Shown one piece after another: positions 13,261-26,746 of a stretch of DNA of 64,000 nucleotides. Made by a program: the position numbers and the translations under genes. Below the pieces are notes generated by a model, which did not search any database, was not told where the DNA came from, and saw only the letters and a program-made list of their open reading frames with translations. The number at the start of each line of letters is the position of its first letter. Position 1 is the stretch's first letter. The stretch is from Eledone cirrhosa (Eukaryota), in NCBI GenBank assembly GCA_964016885.1, contig OZ024744.1, positions 69,750,001-69,814,000 of the forward strand, written 5' to 3'.

Positions 13261-15593
13261 ACAACCTGACCCCACCATATATAAGGAATTTTTGGTAACA
13301 TGTATTTATTATTTCTTCAAACATTTTAAACTTAGCTCCGTTTAAATGATTATTTATCTAGTTAATTTCTACGGACTAAAAAGAAATTTTGGGTAAATTT
13401 TATTTGATTGTTCTTCAAAATTGTATTTGATTGTTCTGTGTGTGTGTGTGGGGGGGGGGGGGGGTATACAAAAGAAGAAAACAAAGAGAAAAGATGGAGT
13501 AAGTATAGATACAGAAAATACTGGTCATTGAAAAGGTCACATGGTGTGTCGAAAAGGCTTTGGCAAATAATTAGTTGATCAATCCATTCTTTGATGGGTT
13601 GATTACCTGATTAATGTAACTGAAGTGAAATACAACCGGTGTCTCGGTGTATGTGCGTGTCTGTGTATTATTTTGACAAGTTATTATGTTTACCAGCCTA
13701 AGATAGACCAAACCATCGCTACCCCAATGATACAAGCCCGAACAGTGTGGACTTGTATGCAAAACACCAGGCGCAAGCCACCTTGTGGTTTAAAGGGACA
13801 GAATGCAGAAATCGTTACCCAGGAGAATCACGGAGAGAGACGCCTTGTAATAGCTATAACAGGGGTCAGCAACCCCTGGCTCGCCGGCCACATCCAGCCC
13901 TCGAGTGATTTATGTCCGTCCCGCCATCTTACACTGGACACTAATTATCTAATTAGTATTGAATACAGATACAGTAGTTCACTTCAAGGTTGTGCCGACC
14001 TGATGCCCATCACAAATCGCTGCTCATACCGTATATATTTACAGATACCTTTGTAACCTTATTATATTTTCCATTTATTATTATTTCCTCTTATCCATCT
14101 TTTTCTGGGCTTTCCGCCAAGCATTATATCACCATTATTATTATTTTCTGTGATTTAATGTATGTGTTTTTGTTCCATTCAACAAACACAGGTGTTGGCT
14201 GGAAGTATGAATTTTCGTCAGCGACTGGAAGGTATACTACCTTACGGTTCACGACTCGCTTTTATACCCATATTGTCATTCAATAAAATCACTCGTGAAT
14301 TATTGTCGTCTTCGTTTTCCTGACCTTACCTGTGCCCCCCCCCCCCCTCACGTAAAGCTGTCCTTGGAAAAATTACTTCGTTCCCTCCTCCCCAGAGTAT
14401 TTTCATTTGAGTTTGTTGTCTGGTAATATAACAACTATACAGTAGGTATCTTTATTCGATAATAACGGTTATTTAATTATTTGTGATAAATTGTGTGAAT
14501 TATTATTATTAGAATTAGGCCAAAAGTGGTTTAAAAAAACAAATGGCAACCCTGATCTAACAACGTCGTTAGAAACCTGGTTTTACATAATTTATTCACA
14601 ATTATCATATTTTATCGCATTACTGTATTTGCATTTACATTTGTTTTCATTGTTTCTTATTTCTTCATTCTGATTATTATACTTTTTGTTCTTTTTCCTT
14701 TCCATAAATCTTTTTTGTTTGAACATAAAAAACCAGCCCATGGAAGCTAAGAAAAGAAAAGTTGATTTGGAGTGCCGAACTTTTAACGATGGCTGGACAC
14801 TTAGCTATTTTTTCATTGAGCACTTCGGAAAATGTGTTTGCTTAATTTGTCAAGAAACCATTGCCGTGAAGAAAGTTTCAAATATTAAACGGCACTATGA
14901 AACTCGTCATAATCATTACAATAGTTTTACTGGAAAAGCACGAGTAAACGAAGTTGCACGGCTAAGAAATAATGTAACAAAGCAATCATCCTTTTTCACT
15001 AGAAAAGTTGAAGAAAGTGACCGAAACACTCGTGCTAGGTACGAGGTGTCAAAACTAATTGCAGAAAGGATGAAACCTTTTACTGATGGAGATTTCTTCA
15101 AAGAATTATTGTTGAAGGAAGCAGATGTTGCTTGTCCAGATAAAAGGGAATTATTTTCTGCGATCAGCTTATCGGCAAGAACAGTAACAAGGCGAATTGA
15201 AGAGCCGGCAGCAAATGTCAGAAGTGGCTTGGAGGGCATTTTAAATAATCTGGAGTATTATTCCATTGCTATCGATGAAACCACAGATGTGAAGGATATT
15301 TGTCAACTTGCAGTGTTTGTGAAGGGTGTAACACCAACATTTAATATTGTGGAAGAATTTGCTCAATTGATTCATATGAAGGACACTAGCACTGGAGCAG
15401 ATATTTTGGAAAGCAAAATAAAATGGATTACCGAAATGAATCTGAATTTATCAAAGCTTTCTGGAGTAATCACAGATAGAGCACCAGCAATGGTTGGAGA
15501 GAAAAAGGGGTTTGTTGCATTGCTCCAAAACCACATGGGTATTGATAAAAAAAACTAATTAAACTTCATTGCATTATTCATCAAGAAGCATTA

Positions 15594-17561
15594 CACCGTG
15601 TAACAAAACATTTTTTGTTCTCTGTTCCTAGCTTGTAATCACTTTTTTTGTGTTGCTTAGGTCCCAAATAAATTTTTAAAAAAAGTGCTATTAAACAGTT
15701 AAAAGTTTGGGTTTGTAAAAATTCTAAGCTATTCACTAGCATTATTTGTATGCTGGATTTTACGTTGTATGTAAGTTTAATTTGCTTATGTTAAATGAAT
15801 TTTTTATATATGTTTCAGGTTAAATTAAAATTATAAAATAAAGAGTAATGCCTAAAGAAAATTATAAAAGTACAATAAAGTATAAAATTGTTAAAAAGTG
15901 GATTAAAGAGATTTATTGATACTGGATTTTCGTACTCTGAATAAAGGGTAAGTTGTGTTTTAAGCACGAATTTTCATTAGTATGATTAGTGTTCTTTTAT
16001 ATTATTTAAATATTTATTTCCTTTTCCAATATTTATTTTGTATTCCAAGACAAGTATTCTGAATAAGAAGAGAAGATGGATGCTGAGGACTTGGATTACC
16101 TGCCTGAGGTACCAGAAAAGGTTCCTCACTTCCCAAACCAAAAAGAAGTCAATGACTTGGTCAGAGATATGGGTCTAACCAAGTCCAATGCAGAGCTATT
16201 CGTCTCCAGGATGAAGCAGTGGAGGTTGGTCAAGGAAGAAGTGCAGGTGACAAGTCAGAGAAGTCGACATGAACCTTTCTCAGGCTTTTACACTCTTAGG
16301 GATGGCTTCTGCCATGACGTGCCTGGACTGTTTGACGTTATTGGGGTGCCGTTTGTGCCCAAGGAGTGGCGGCTATTTATAGACAGCCCCAATACAAGTT
16401 TGAAGGTTGTCCTCCTCCACAATGGAAACAAGTTCCCGACACTGCCCCTAGCTCATTCAGTCTGCCTGAAAGAAGATTACTACAGTGTGAAAGTCCTCTT
16501 GGAAGCTCTGCAATACCAGTACAATTGAGAAATCATTGGAGACTTCAAGATGGTGGCTTTCCTGCTTGGACTCCAAGGAGGCTTTATCAAATTCCAATGC
16601 TTCCTCTGCCTTTGGGACAGCAGAGCTACCTCTGACCACTACAAAAGAAAGAACTGGGAGCAGCAAACAGAATTTGTAGTTGGGACCCGGAACGTCATGT
16701 GGGAGCCACTGGTTGATCCCAGGATTGTGCTCATGCCACCACTGCACATTAAATTGGGGTTGATGAAGCAGTCTGTGAAGGCTCTCAACCAAGAATCAGC
16801 CGCTTTTAAGTACCTTCTTGAGTTCTTCCCCAAGTTATCTGAGGCCAAAATCAAAGGTGGAATTTTTGCTAGACCTCAGATAAAGAAGGTGTTTGAGTCT
16901 ACCGAGTTCTCCAATAAGCGCAATAGGATTGAGAGAACAGCATGGAATTGTTTCAAGGCAGTTGTTAAGAGCTTCCTGGGCAACTGCAGAGCTGAAAACT
17001 ACCAGCAACTGGTGCAGGATCTGGTAAAGGCTTTTGGTGCCATGGGATGCAGGATGTCGCTTAAACTCCATATGCTGGACGCTTACCTGGAAAAGTTCAA
17101 GGACAATATGAGCGCCTACTCAGAAGAATAAGGCGAACGATTCCACCAAGATGTGAAAGAAATAGAGCGGAGGTACCAGGGCCACTACAATGAAAAATGT
17201 TAGGGGACTATATCTGGGGGCCAGTGCGGGAATGCGACCTGGACTACAACCGCAAATCCAGGAAATCCAGTCATTTCTGACGTGTATAAGTTGCTTTATA
17301 AGTGTTATTTGTTTTTACTTGTTTGCTTTTGATAAGCTTGTGTAATAAAATAAATATATACTCTGTTGATTTAATTATATGAACTGATAAATTTTTTTAA
17401 AATGTGTTTTTTTTTGAAAAATATGAATATTTCGAAATATCAAACTCCTGATCACAAACCCAAACTTCTGATTAAATAATAGTTTTTTTTTATAATAATG
17501 GGATATAACAAACCATGAAATGACACTTAGAACCGGGGAACAAAAAATATGTTACACGGTG
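15594..17561 (+). mobile_element. Chapaev3-like (CMC) DNA transposon nested in the hAT
   Basis: Termini CACCGTGTAACA…TGTTACACGGTG. TTA duplicated at 15591-15593 and 17562-17564. Removing the element restores HQEALCAK. Confidence 0.88.
16076..17280 (+). pseudogene. Chapaev3-like DDE transposase, disrupted
   Basis: WRLFIDS, LLHNGN, GDFKMV, CFLCLWDSR, PPLHIKLGLMK, MSLKLH and SEE*GERFHQD motifs, with in-frame stops at 16526 and 17129. The N-terminal part is not visible. Confidence 0.85.
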
Positions 17562-19014
17562 TTATGTGCAAAGTCACTGAATTTTAAGGACATGATGTCA
17601 GTGGTCGTGAAAACAGTGAATTTTATACTGTCTAGAGGACTAAATCACCGCCAGTTTCAAGAATTTCTGAAACAAATTGAAGCAGAGTATGGTGACCTTA
17701 CATATTTTTCAAATGTTCGATGGCTTAGCCGTGGAAAATGATAGAACGAGTATATGCATTGAGAGAAGAGATTTCTATGTTTTTAGAGAGCAAAGACCAA
17801 GATAATTCTTACTTTCAGGATCTACAGTGAGTTGTCAAGTTAGCTTTTTTAGTGGACATCACGACTCACATGAACACTTTGAATCTTGAGCTTCAAGGAA
17901 AGAACAAGGTTGTATTTGAGATGTTTGGTCAAATTACTGATTTTGAGAGAAAACTTCGACTGTGGGAATCACAACTTCAAAAAGAAAACTACTCTCATTT
18001 CCCAAGTCTCCAAAATCACAAGAGAGATATAATACCAGACATCTTTGTGAGCTCTATTAAGGATTTGAGAAGCGAGTTTTCCTCTCGTTTTGCTGACTTC
18101 CGGCAATATGGAACTCTATTTAAGTTATTTGGTACTCCTTACGAAACAGGTGTGGAGCAAGTGGCAGAAGAATATCAGTTGGAGTTAATTGACTTACAGT
18201 ACGACGAATCTTTGAAATCAAAATTTCAGTTCGAATCCACTACTGACTTCTACAAGAAATATATATTGCCAAGCGGAAAATATAGAAACATCTTGACTAA
18301 TGCGAAACTGATGATATCATTATTTAGAAGTACATATGTTTGTGAACAACTTTTTTCCAAAATGAAATATACTAAAAGTCATTTAAGAACAAGGTTTCGT
18401 GACGACCACCTGGATGATGTTTTGCTCCTGTCATCGACAAATATGTCACCTGATGTGGAGAAGTTATCGCACAATAAGCAGAAACAAGTGTCTCATTAAA
18501 TCATTTACCATTTCTAACTGTATTTCGTTTGTAGCAAGGAATTTGCTTTTTTTTTTTTGTTGATTGTGATAGTAGTTGTTTTTCTGTTATTCCTGCAGTA
18601 AAATAAGGAATTTGCTTTTTCTTTTGTTGAATGTGTTTGTAGTTTTTTTTCTTTTGTTTTTTTGTTATTCCTGCAGTAAAATAAGGGGCCTTGTTAAAAT
18701 AAAATTATATTAAATTCCTTCTTTTGCTTTAAACCTCCAGAAAATTTATTTACATATTTAATAACATAGCCCTCCTCCATGACACTGCATAGCTGTTTGG
18801 CCCTCTCTCTCCAAATGGTTGCCGACCCCTGAGCTATAAGATATACGATATAAGTTTTCGATCGAAGGTATTATCGGCACCATCCTGAATAAGGGAAAAT
18901 ATAACAGTTATCTGAGGCCATCCTTGTTATTGGACTTATCTCCTTTACAGAATAGTTAATGATAACAGGAAAATGCGCACCAAGTGAAGCATGAATATTT
19001 AATATCATGGGTAG

Positions 19015-19250
19015 TCATTGAGCGAGACACTTTATTTCACGTTGCTTCAGTTTACTCAGCTGTAGAAATAAGTTGCGACGTCACTGGTGCCAAGCTGTAT
19101 CAACCATAGCCTTTCTCTTGGACAACATCTGTGGCATGGAGAGGAGAAACTGGTATGCATGGCCGACTGTTGGTCTTCCACAAACAACCATACCCGAATT
19201 TGAGCCACGGACTTTCTAGGTGTAAATCCCATGGTCATTCGTGACCGATG
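19015..19250 (+). mobile_element. SINE-like remnant sharing a core with 19896-20123
   Basis: TTTCACGTTGCTTCAGTTTACTCAGCTG matches the core of the SINE at 20 kb; the 3' part differs. Confidence 0.5.
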
Positions 19251-19514
19251 GAGTTATTTACCCATTAACGTTGTGGGAATTATCCAGATGTGTTATAATG
19301 AAATAGCTTCATGTGATTAATTTCCTCACATATGAGGGGTCTCGGTAGGTGCAACATAGGCAATACCAATCCCGATTCTCTGGCCATTCCATCCATGTGC
19401 ATACATCCATCGCTGCTTTGATAATTGCTGCAGAATCATTAAATGATACTAAATTAAAGAAGATGGGTTGGGATTGACAAGACAATTGGAGCAAAGAGCC
19501 ATGCTGAAAATCAA

Positions 19515-19580
<66 letters not shown>

Positions 19581-19895
19581 AATATATTAATATTTCTCTA
19601 GCGAGAACGTTTTAATACAAGTGAATTCATGTTTAATTGCTTACATCATAAACTTTTACCACATATTCCCATCCTAATCTTATATAAACGCTGACCTTTA
19701 CGCCTCTTTGATCAGAGAGTACTCCTTCAGTCAATGTTTTACTGCCATATGGTAGTAGAAAAGTGCAGATCACCCACACCATGGCTAAGGAGTCATATCT
19801 ACTCTTCTTTTAGTGACGGTACGCTTGAGATTTGGGCGCACTTTAGAGTCTAGTCTAAAGTCTGTCTTAAGCTAGAAGGCTCGTTGGGCAGGTGC

Positions 19896-20123
19896 TTATC
19901 CTGGTTTCAAGGTGTGAAGCAACCGAGAGTACAAGACTACCCCCTGGACAGGACGCCAGTCCATCGCAGGGTTAAACCCCCAGCTATTGCTGGTACTCAT
20001 TTTCAGCTGAGTAAACTGGAGCAACGTGAAATGAAGTGTTTTGCTCAAGAACACAACACGTAACCCAGGAATCAAACCCCTGACATTATGATCGTAAGTC
20101 CAACACACTTACCACTAGGCCAC
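19896..20123 (-). mobile_element. tRNA-derived SINE family 2
   Basis: Minus: GTGGCCTAGTGGTAAG (A box)…GGTTTGATTCC (B box), then a core, then CCTGCGATGGACTGGCGTCCTGTCCAGGG (resembles the V-SINE domain). Confidence 0.75.
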
Positions 20124-20418
20124 TTTAAAACAGGTAAAAAAAAAAAAAGTATCTATACAAAAGAATTATTTATAGATTTTGACAATGTTTTCATTCTTAG
20201 TATAGTTATTTCCTATTTGAAAGCTATATATATATATATCAACCTTTTTGCGAATCTTAATTTGTATTTTTCAGATTTTGAAATATTTTCCTCTTTTACG
20301 GCGCCCTACTTGCAAAACCCACTATATCGGACAGATGTTTTGACAGAACAAGGGCTTATCTCTCTCAAAGTGATTTTAAAGTGCGTTTGTTTGCATACAC
20401 ACACCCACATACATATAC

Positions 20419-20485
<67 letters not shown>

Positions 20486-20515
20486 AATATATGTCTGTCT
20501 GTATATGAGCATGTG

Positions 20516-20552
<37 letters not shown>

Positions 20553-20553
<1 letters not shown>

Positions 20554-20956
20554 TAGGGTGGGTAAAATTCCCGAGATCCATGGACGAGTTCTCTCCAGCG
20601 GTCTCTGTCCCTCATTATCGCTGCCATGTCCTGCGTCTCCAAGAGACCAGTGTCTGTACTTCGAGCATCAACAGGTCTCTACGAAGGTCCGACTTCCACA
20701 CAGACTTCAAGCTGTGGCACGGCGCCCAGGACTTGCTCTTCCTCTCGACCACATCATCTTCCGTATTCCCAATGCAGGAGGTGGAGACTGTGTCGATGAG
20801 TGTGGGGCTGAGAATGAAGGAGATTAAGACGAAGTATCTGGTAGAGAATATTAAGAAGCCAGAGAATATTACTAATGTAGGCGGGAAGCCGATAGAATTG
20901 GTTGAGGACTTCCTGTATCTGGGAGCAAAGATTGGGAATACAGAAGATGATGTGGT
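20553..20956. pseudogene. RTE-like RT fragment with internal inversion
   Basis: Plus: VGLRMKEIKTKY…VEDFLYLGAKIGNTEDDVV. Minus from ~20772: IGNTEDDVVERKSKSW…LKSVWKS. Confidence 0.7.
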
Positions 20957-21276
20957 ATATATATATATACACGTGCAAAGCCTTTCCTCACTTAAAAAAG
21001 CTTCAAGCACAGGCACTACTTGATATGTGACATTTTTCGCGATATATTTATATATATAGGAGAAAGTATGACCCCGACGGCAGAGCTCAAGCCGTTTCGA
21101 CGGCTATTTCTGGACTAAAATAAGAGTTTGTTTTACTGTAGTCCAGAAATAGCAGTCGAAACGGCTTGAGCTCTGCCGTCGGGGTCATACTTTCTCCTAT
21201 TATCCACTCTACTACCCTAAGTATTGAGTACTCTAGTGCGTTATGGTCCATCTGGTTCCTTACCACAACTCCTTCG

Positions 21277-21375
<99 letters not shown>

Positions 21376-21691
21376 CAGTTGTACCCCGGTATTCGTGGAG
21401 GTTACGTTCCTACAGCACCTGCGAAGAGTGAAAAAATCGCGAATAATGGACGTGGACCATAAAAATGGCTATAAACGTCAAGATATAACTAAAATGTAAT
21501 TTTTAAAAAAAAGGGGCCGTCTTATGCGAAGGGGTGTCAAATAGGCCGGCAAATACGGTATATTGTTATTAATAATTTAGCGTTAAAAAAGCCATAAAAA
21601 ATTGTGGAAGATATTTACGATTCCGCGAATACGCAGTGGTTTCCACGAACAATTATTGGTTAGGTTGTAAGGAAAATTCAGCGAATAACCA

Positions 21692-21695
<4 letters not shown>
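21376..21695 (+). mobile_element. Tc1/mariner (Tigger/pogo-like) MITE, truncated
   Basis: Starts TA|CAGTTGTACCCCGGTATTCG. A homologous reverse copy at 41992-42363 has both ends. Confidence 0.65.
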
Positions 21696-21773
<78 letters not shown>

Positions 21774-21967
21774 GATTCTACAGGACTAGAACTGTTTCCT
21801 TCTTTATAAATCATCAGGGATTCCACATGATTTCTAAAGAATGAAACAGTTCTAGTCCTGTAGAATCTCATCTATATTAAAACTTGTATACTCTGCTATG
21901 TATTGAGTACCTTACTTACTGTGCTTGCCCCCGATTGAACCCGGAATAACTTACCTATATATATATC

Positions 21968-22080
<113 letters not shown>

Positions 22081-22559
22081 TTCGATTTTGTATTTCTTTT
22101 GCAAGATTTCTTATCTGAAAATCTATGTCAAAACAGATCTGTTATACTTTGGTAAGGTCATGCTGCCAATAAAAACCCACCTGTTGGTTTTCACTTCAAT
22201 TTATTATGAATTTCCAGTCGGTTAGTTTAATAACCGCATGGTTTTCTATTTGTCCATTGTCAAAGTTCTTTCGTTACACAAAGAAAGAGCTTTGACAACA
22301 AAAAAATATAAAATATCCGGTTATTAACCTACCGGAAATTGATAATTGATAATTGATTGAAATGAAAACACATGGGCGTGTGATTTATTGGTAGCATGAC
22401 CCTCCCAAAGTATAACTATATACATATATGTATCTTTTCCTATTATCCACTCTACTATCCTAAGAATTGAGTACTCTGGTGCGTTATGGTCCATCTGGTA
22501 TCTTACCACACCCTCTTTGTTATATATATATATATATATATCTTACCACACCCTCTTTG

Positions 22560-22610
<51 letters not shown>

Positions 22611-22787
22611 TATAGATAGATATATATATATATATATATATATATAAGAAGAAATTAAAAGATGGTTAAAAAAGTTCCATGTATTTTATTATGCACATTT
22701 CAAAAACAAATATCATCCTGGGACGATAAAATAGGGAGACATGATATGATGCCTAAAAAAACACTTGTGAACAAGGTAGTGCCTAGT

Positions 22788-22854
<67 letters not shown>

Positions 22855-22860
<6 letters not shown>

Positions 22861-22980
22861 TAGGAATAACCAAAGAGTGCTTAGAAATGCATTGTTTTAT
22901 TAGCTAACAGTGGATGAAACACTCTTAGTTAATAAAACAATGTATTTCTAAGCACTCTTTGGTTATTCCTATAACTATAA
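22855..22980. repeat. Inverted repeat in (TA)n
   Basis: ~55-bp arms, TATAGTTATAGGAATAACC… / …GGTTATTCCTATAACTATA. Confidence 0.8.
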
Positions 22981-23083
22981 CGGCTCTGTAGTATACTAGT
23001 TATCCTACATTGAGCTAAAACCATACTGTCATACCAAGGGCTATATATCTGCCTGTCTGGGCATATTGATATATTTGTCAACG

Positions 23084-23147
<64 letters not shown>

Positions 23148-23267
23148 AAAATTAAGATAGATTAAAAGAATTCAATCAGAATCGAAATTATGGGTGTCAT
23201 TCCTTAACGGAATGCGCCATATCGCCCGGAAAATAAGCTCTAGGACTTTGTAAGTACGAGCATTTTA

Positions 23268-23841
23268 ATAACTAGGAATTGATCAACATATATATAAATA
23301 AATATAAACATGAAAAATCACAGGAGATAATTTTTACAAGCGTGTAACCACGCATGGCTAGTAGGTAACAAATAAATAAAGTTAACTAGAACTTCAAAAA
23401 TATATACCTTTTAATGATTAATCTTCCCTGTATATATTTCATTAAAGAAATATATTTCACCAATTAATCAGATGGTAAGTCACGGAAAGTGGATATTATT
23501 GGATTATCAGCATGACCTTACCAAAGTATAAGATTTTTAGCAGTTTAAGATTTTGACTCGAAGTGTAAACATGGATCGCTTGATATTGTTCTTCCTTGTT
23601 GATAATCCAATAATATCCACTTTCTGTGACTTACCATCTGATTAATTGGTGAAATATATTTCTTTAATGAAATATATACAGGGAAGATTAATCATTAAAA
23701 GGTATATATTTTTGAAGTTCTAGTTAACTTTATTTATTTGTTACCTACTAGCCATGCGTGGTTACACGCTTGTAAAAATTATCTCCTGTGATTTTTCATG
23801 TTTATATTTATTTATATATATGTTGATCAATTCCTAGTTAT
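23268..23841. repeat. Inverted repeat with ~240-bp arms
   Basis: 23268-23509 is the reverse complement of 23600-23841, with a ~90-bp spacer. Confidence 0.85.
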
Positions 23842-23905
23842 ATATATATATATTATAATAAAATGCCAGGAGGCTGGACTTGAGTAAATCCTTGAAAGGT
23901 TTATT

Positions 23906-23963
23906 ATACTATGATCATTTCAATGACCGGGTTCCGTATGAATCCGGTGATATCATCAGGTAT
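23906..23963 (-). ncRNA. Type I hammerhead (family M)
   Basis: Minus: ATAC-CTGATGA-tATcACCGGaTTC/GAAcCCGGTcATt-GAAA-TGATCA-TA-GTAT. Palindromic stem III. Confidence 0.72.
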
Positions 23964-24299
23964 TCGAAATATAATAAGTGAATGTAACAGATAAAATCCA
24001 TGGGGCTGAAAATCAAAGACCGGAGGACGACCGCCATCCAGCATCTTCCACCTTTGCCGGTCGCCCTCAAGTGAGGGGGCTAAAGCTTATAGTGTGCTAC
24101 TACCGGTCAAATAGGGGAAAACAGAAAAGGAGAGGAAGATAAGTCAGCGTTAATTTCATGCCACAAGAAAAAAGAAGAAGCGGGAAGGAAGAAAAGGAAG
24201 AAGAAGAAAAGTCAGGGTTAATGTTCAGCTACAAGAATAAAGACAGAAAGAAAGAGGAAGAAAGGTTGGTACTAATGTCAAACTACAGTCAGGCCAGGA

Positions 24300-24344
<45 letters not shown>

Positions 24345-24348
<4 letters not shown>

Positions 24349-24935
24349 TCTTCTTCGCACACTTATTCCCGTGGGTGCAGAGTCCTCAAACATTCCTTCT
24401 AACAGGCCCTGTTAGAAGCAACCGTCTCCAACATTTCCCCAAGCGAGACCAGCCAAGCTCATGGATGTTATCGAACCATCTTGCTCAGAGTCTACCCCCG
24501 GGTCTCTTGCCGACTGCTTTTTCCCGTAAAATCTGTCCATAGATTCTTTCCTGAGACATTCTAACCACATGTCCACAGTATCGGAGCTGTGATCTCTCAA
24601 TTCGAAGAAGTAGTGGCTTCTACCTGGAGTGACTCTCTGATCTCCGAACTACGCAATCTATCAAGTAACGTTACTCCAAAGACCCTTCGGAGGAACCCCC
24701 ATTTCGGCCGCTTTCTATTCGCGATCGTATTCTTTCGGTCATTACCCAAGATTCATGACCATAGGTAAGGATTGGTACAAATACCGAATTGGAGATAGCG
24801 AGTTTGGCTTTTACACCTACCTCTCTTCTTCTGATTACTGAATACTGAAGTTACGCATTACTGCACCACCTCCTGCAATTCTTGCACTTAATTCAGCCTC
24901 CTACCTTCCATCGCTCATGGATACGGCCCCAGCGA
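24345..24935 (-). pseudogene. RTE-like LINE 3' fragment
   Basis: KAKLAISNSVFVPILTYGHESWVMTERIRSR and AAEMGFLRRVFGVTLLDRLRSSEIRE motifs. Partly duplicated at 49281-49651. Confidence 0.75.
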
Positions 24936-25263
24936 ACGTTTCCACGAACCAAAGTATCGTCTTCCTGTCTTCCTCCGGTTGCAACGTTTTTTGAAATATC
25001 CAGTTCTGCGTTTACAGATTGACTTTGTTAGTTTCAGAAGATCCCGTTAAGGGTGAAAGCAGCGATTCTTTGCTTAAATATATCTGTTATTTTAATAAAT
25101 ATTTGCTCTACGGTTCTTATATATTTGATATATATTTATCCTTATCGAGCCCTCTTTGGATTTTAGTCTTCAATTTTATTATTATTACTATATATATATA
25201 TATATTACCAGTAATGTACTGGGTAATTTCTGGCCTTGTGCCAATAGTAGAAACAATTATTAT

Positions 25264-25384
<121 letters not shown>

Positions 25385-25414
25385 CATATATATATATTTA
25401 CACATATATATATA

Positions 25415-25467
<53 letters not shown>

Positions 25468-25484
25468 ATATATATATATATACG

Positions 25485-25571
<87 letters not shown>

Positions 25572-25611
25572 GTGTGTGTGTGTGTGTTTTAAGCTTCTTA
25601 TCATGTCACCC

Positions 25612-25682
25612 TATTTTATCTGATGAGAACGCAAATAACATCCCATGATGATATTTGTTTTTGAAATGCGCATAATAAAATA
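25612..25682 (+). ncRNA. Type I hammerhead (family J, related to B)
   Basis: TATTTTAT-CTGATGA-long stem II-GAAA-TGCGCA-TA-ATAAAATA. Perfect 8-bp stem I and palindromic stem III. A copy with a deletion lies at 22660-22750(-). Confidence 0.82.
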
Positions 25683-25717
25683 CATGGAACTCTTTTAACC
25701 ATCTTTTTATCTTTTAT

Positions 25718-25748
<31 letters not shown>

Positions 25749-25924
25749 ATATATATACTCTCTCTCCCTCTCGCTATATATATATATATATATATATAAC
25801 GAAGGAAATGTGGTAAGGAACCAGGGGGACCATAACGCACCAAAGTACTCAATACTTAGGGTAGTAGAGTGGGTAATAGGGACGAGTAGGACCCCGACGG
25901 CTGAGCTCAAGCCGTTTCGACGGC

Positions 25925-26001
<77 letters not shown>

Positions 26002-26553
26002 CGAGAGGGAGAGAGGGAGGGAGAGAGAGAGAGAGAGAGATGTATATATGGATATATAGAGATATATTAGATTTTGGCTTTGCTTGATTAACAAGTGTGA
26101 AAACCATATCGACCTGGAGTCGGGTCTATAGCATTAATATAGATCGAGAGCCACCCATCTGTGAAACAGTCGTAACTATATATAATCAATAAAGACTTCA
26201 ATGTGAAGCCTCGCTTTGTTTTCAATATATACACTCTGCCTTAGCATAGAGTACTGGTTTCGGTACCCTCCTCAGTAAACCACGAATATACGGAACCACC
26301 TATTATATTGGAGGTAAATTAAGTTCACGAAATCTATTTTTAGACGCATTGTGAAAGTTACAACATTTTTGAAAATGAAGTTAATTTAGTGTAAAGTAAA
26401 CGGCTAGAACATATGGTATATGGAAGTGTAAGTTCGAATTCCAAGGGTAACGCTGTCCACTTCCGTCCATCACCACAGGGCTTATATGCACAACTTAGAA
26501 TATATTTTATAGTCACACACAAACACACACACACATATATATTAATATATATT

Positions 26554-26733
<180 letters not shown>

Positions 26734-26746
26734 GACATACATACAT

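Larger units (their letters stand above)
14740..18499 (+). pseudogene. hAT transposase, disrupted
   Basis: BED-like finger CLIC…NIKRHYETRH, DETTD, TDRAPAM, HCIIHQEAL|CAK, VRWLSRGK, STYVCEQLFSKM. Frameshift at ~15550, internal stops, and an insertion at 15594-17561. Confidence 0.92.
13860..18831 (+). mobile_element. hAT DNA transposon (Charlie/Buster group, SPIN/GTF2IRD2-like)
   Basis: 15-bp TIRs CAGGGGTCAGCAACC / GGTTGCCGACCCCTG (1 mismatch). Perfect 8-bp TSD AGCTATAA at 13852-13859 and 18832-18839. Confidence 0.95.
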
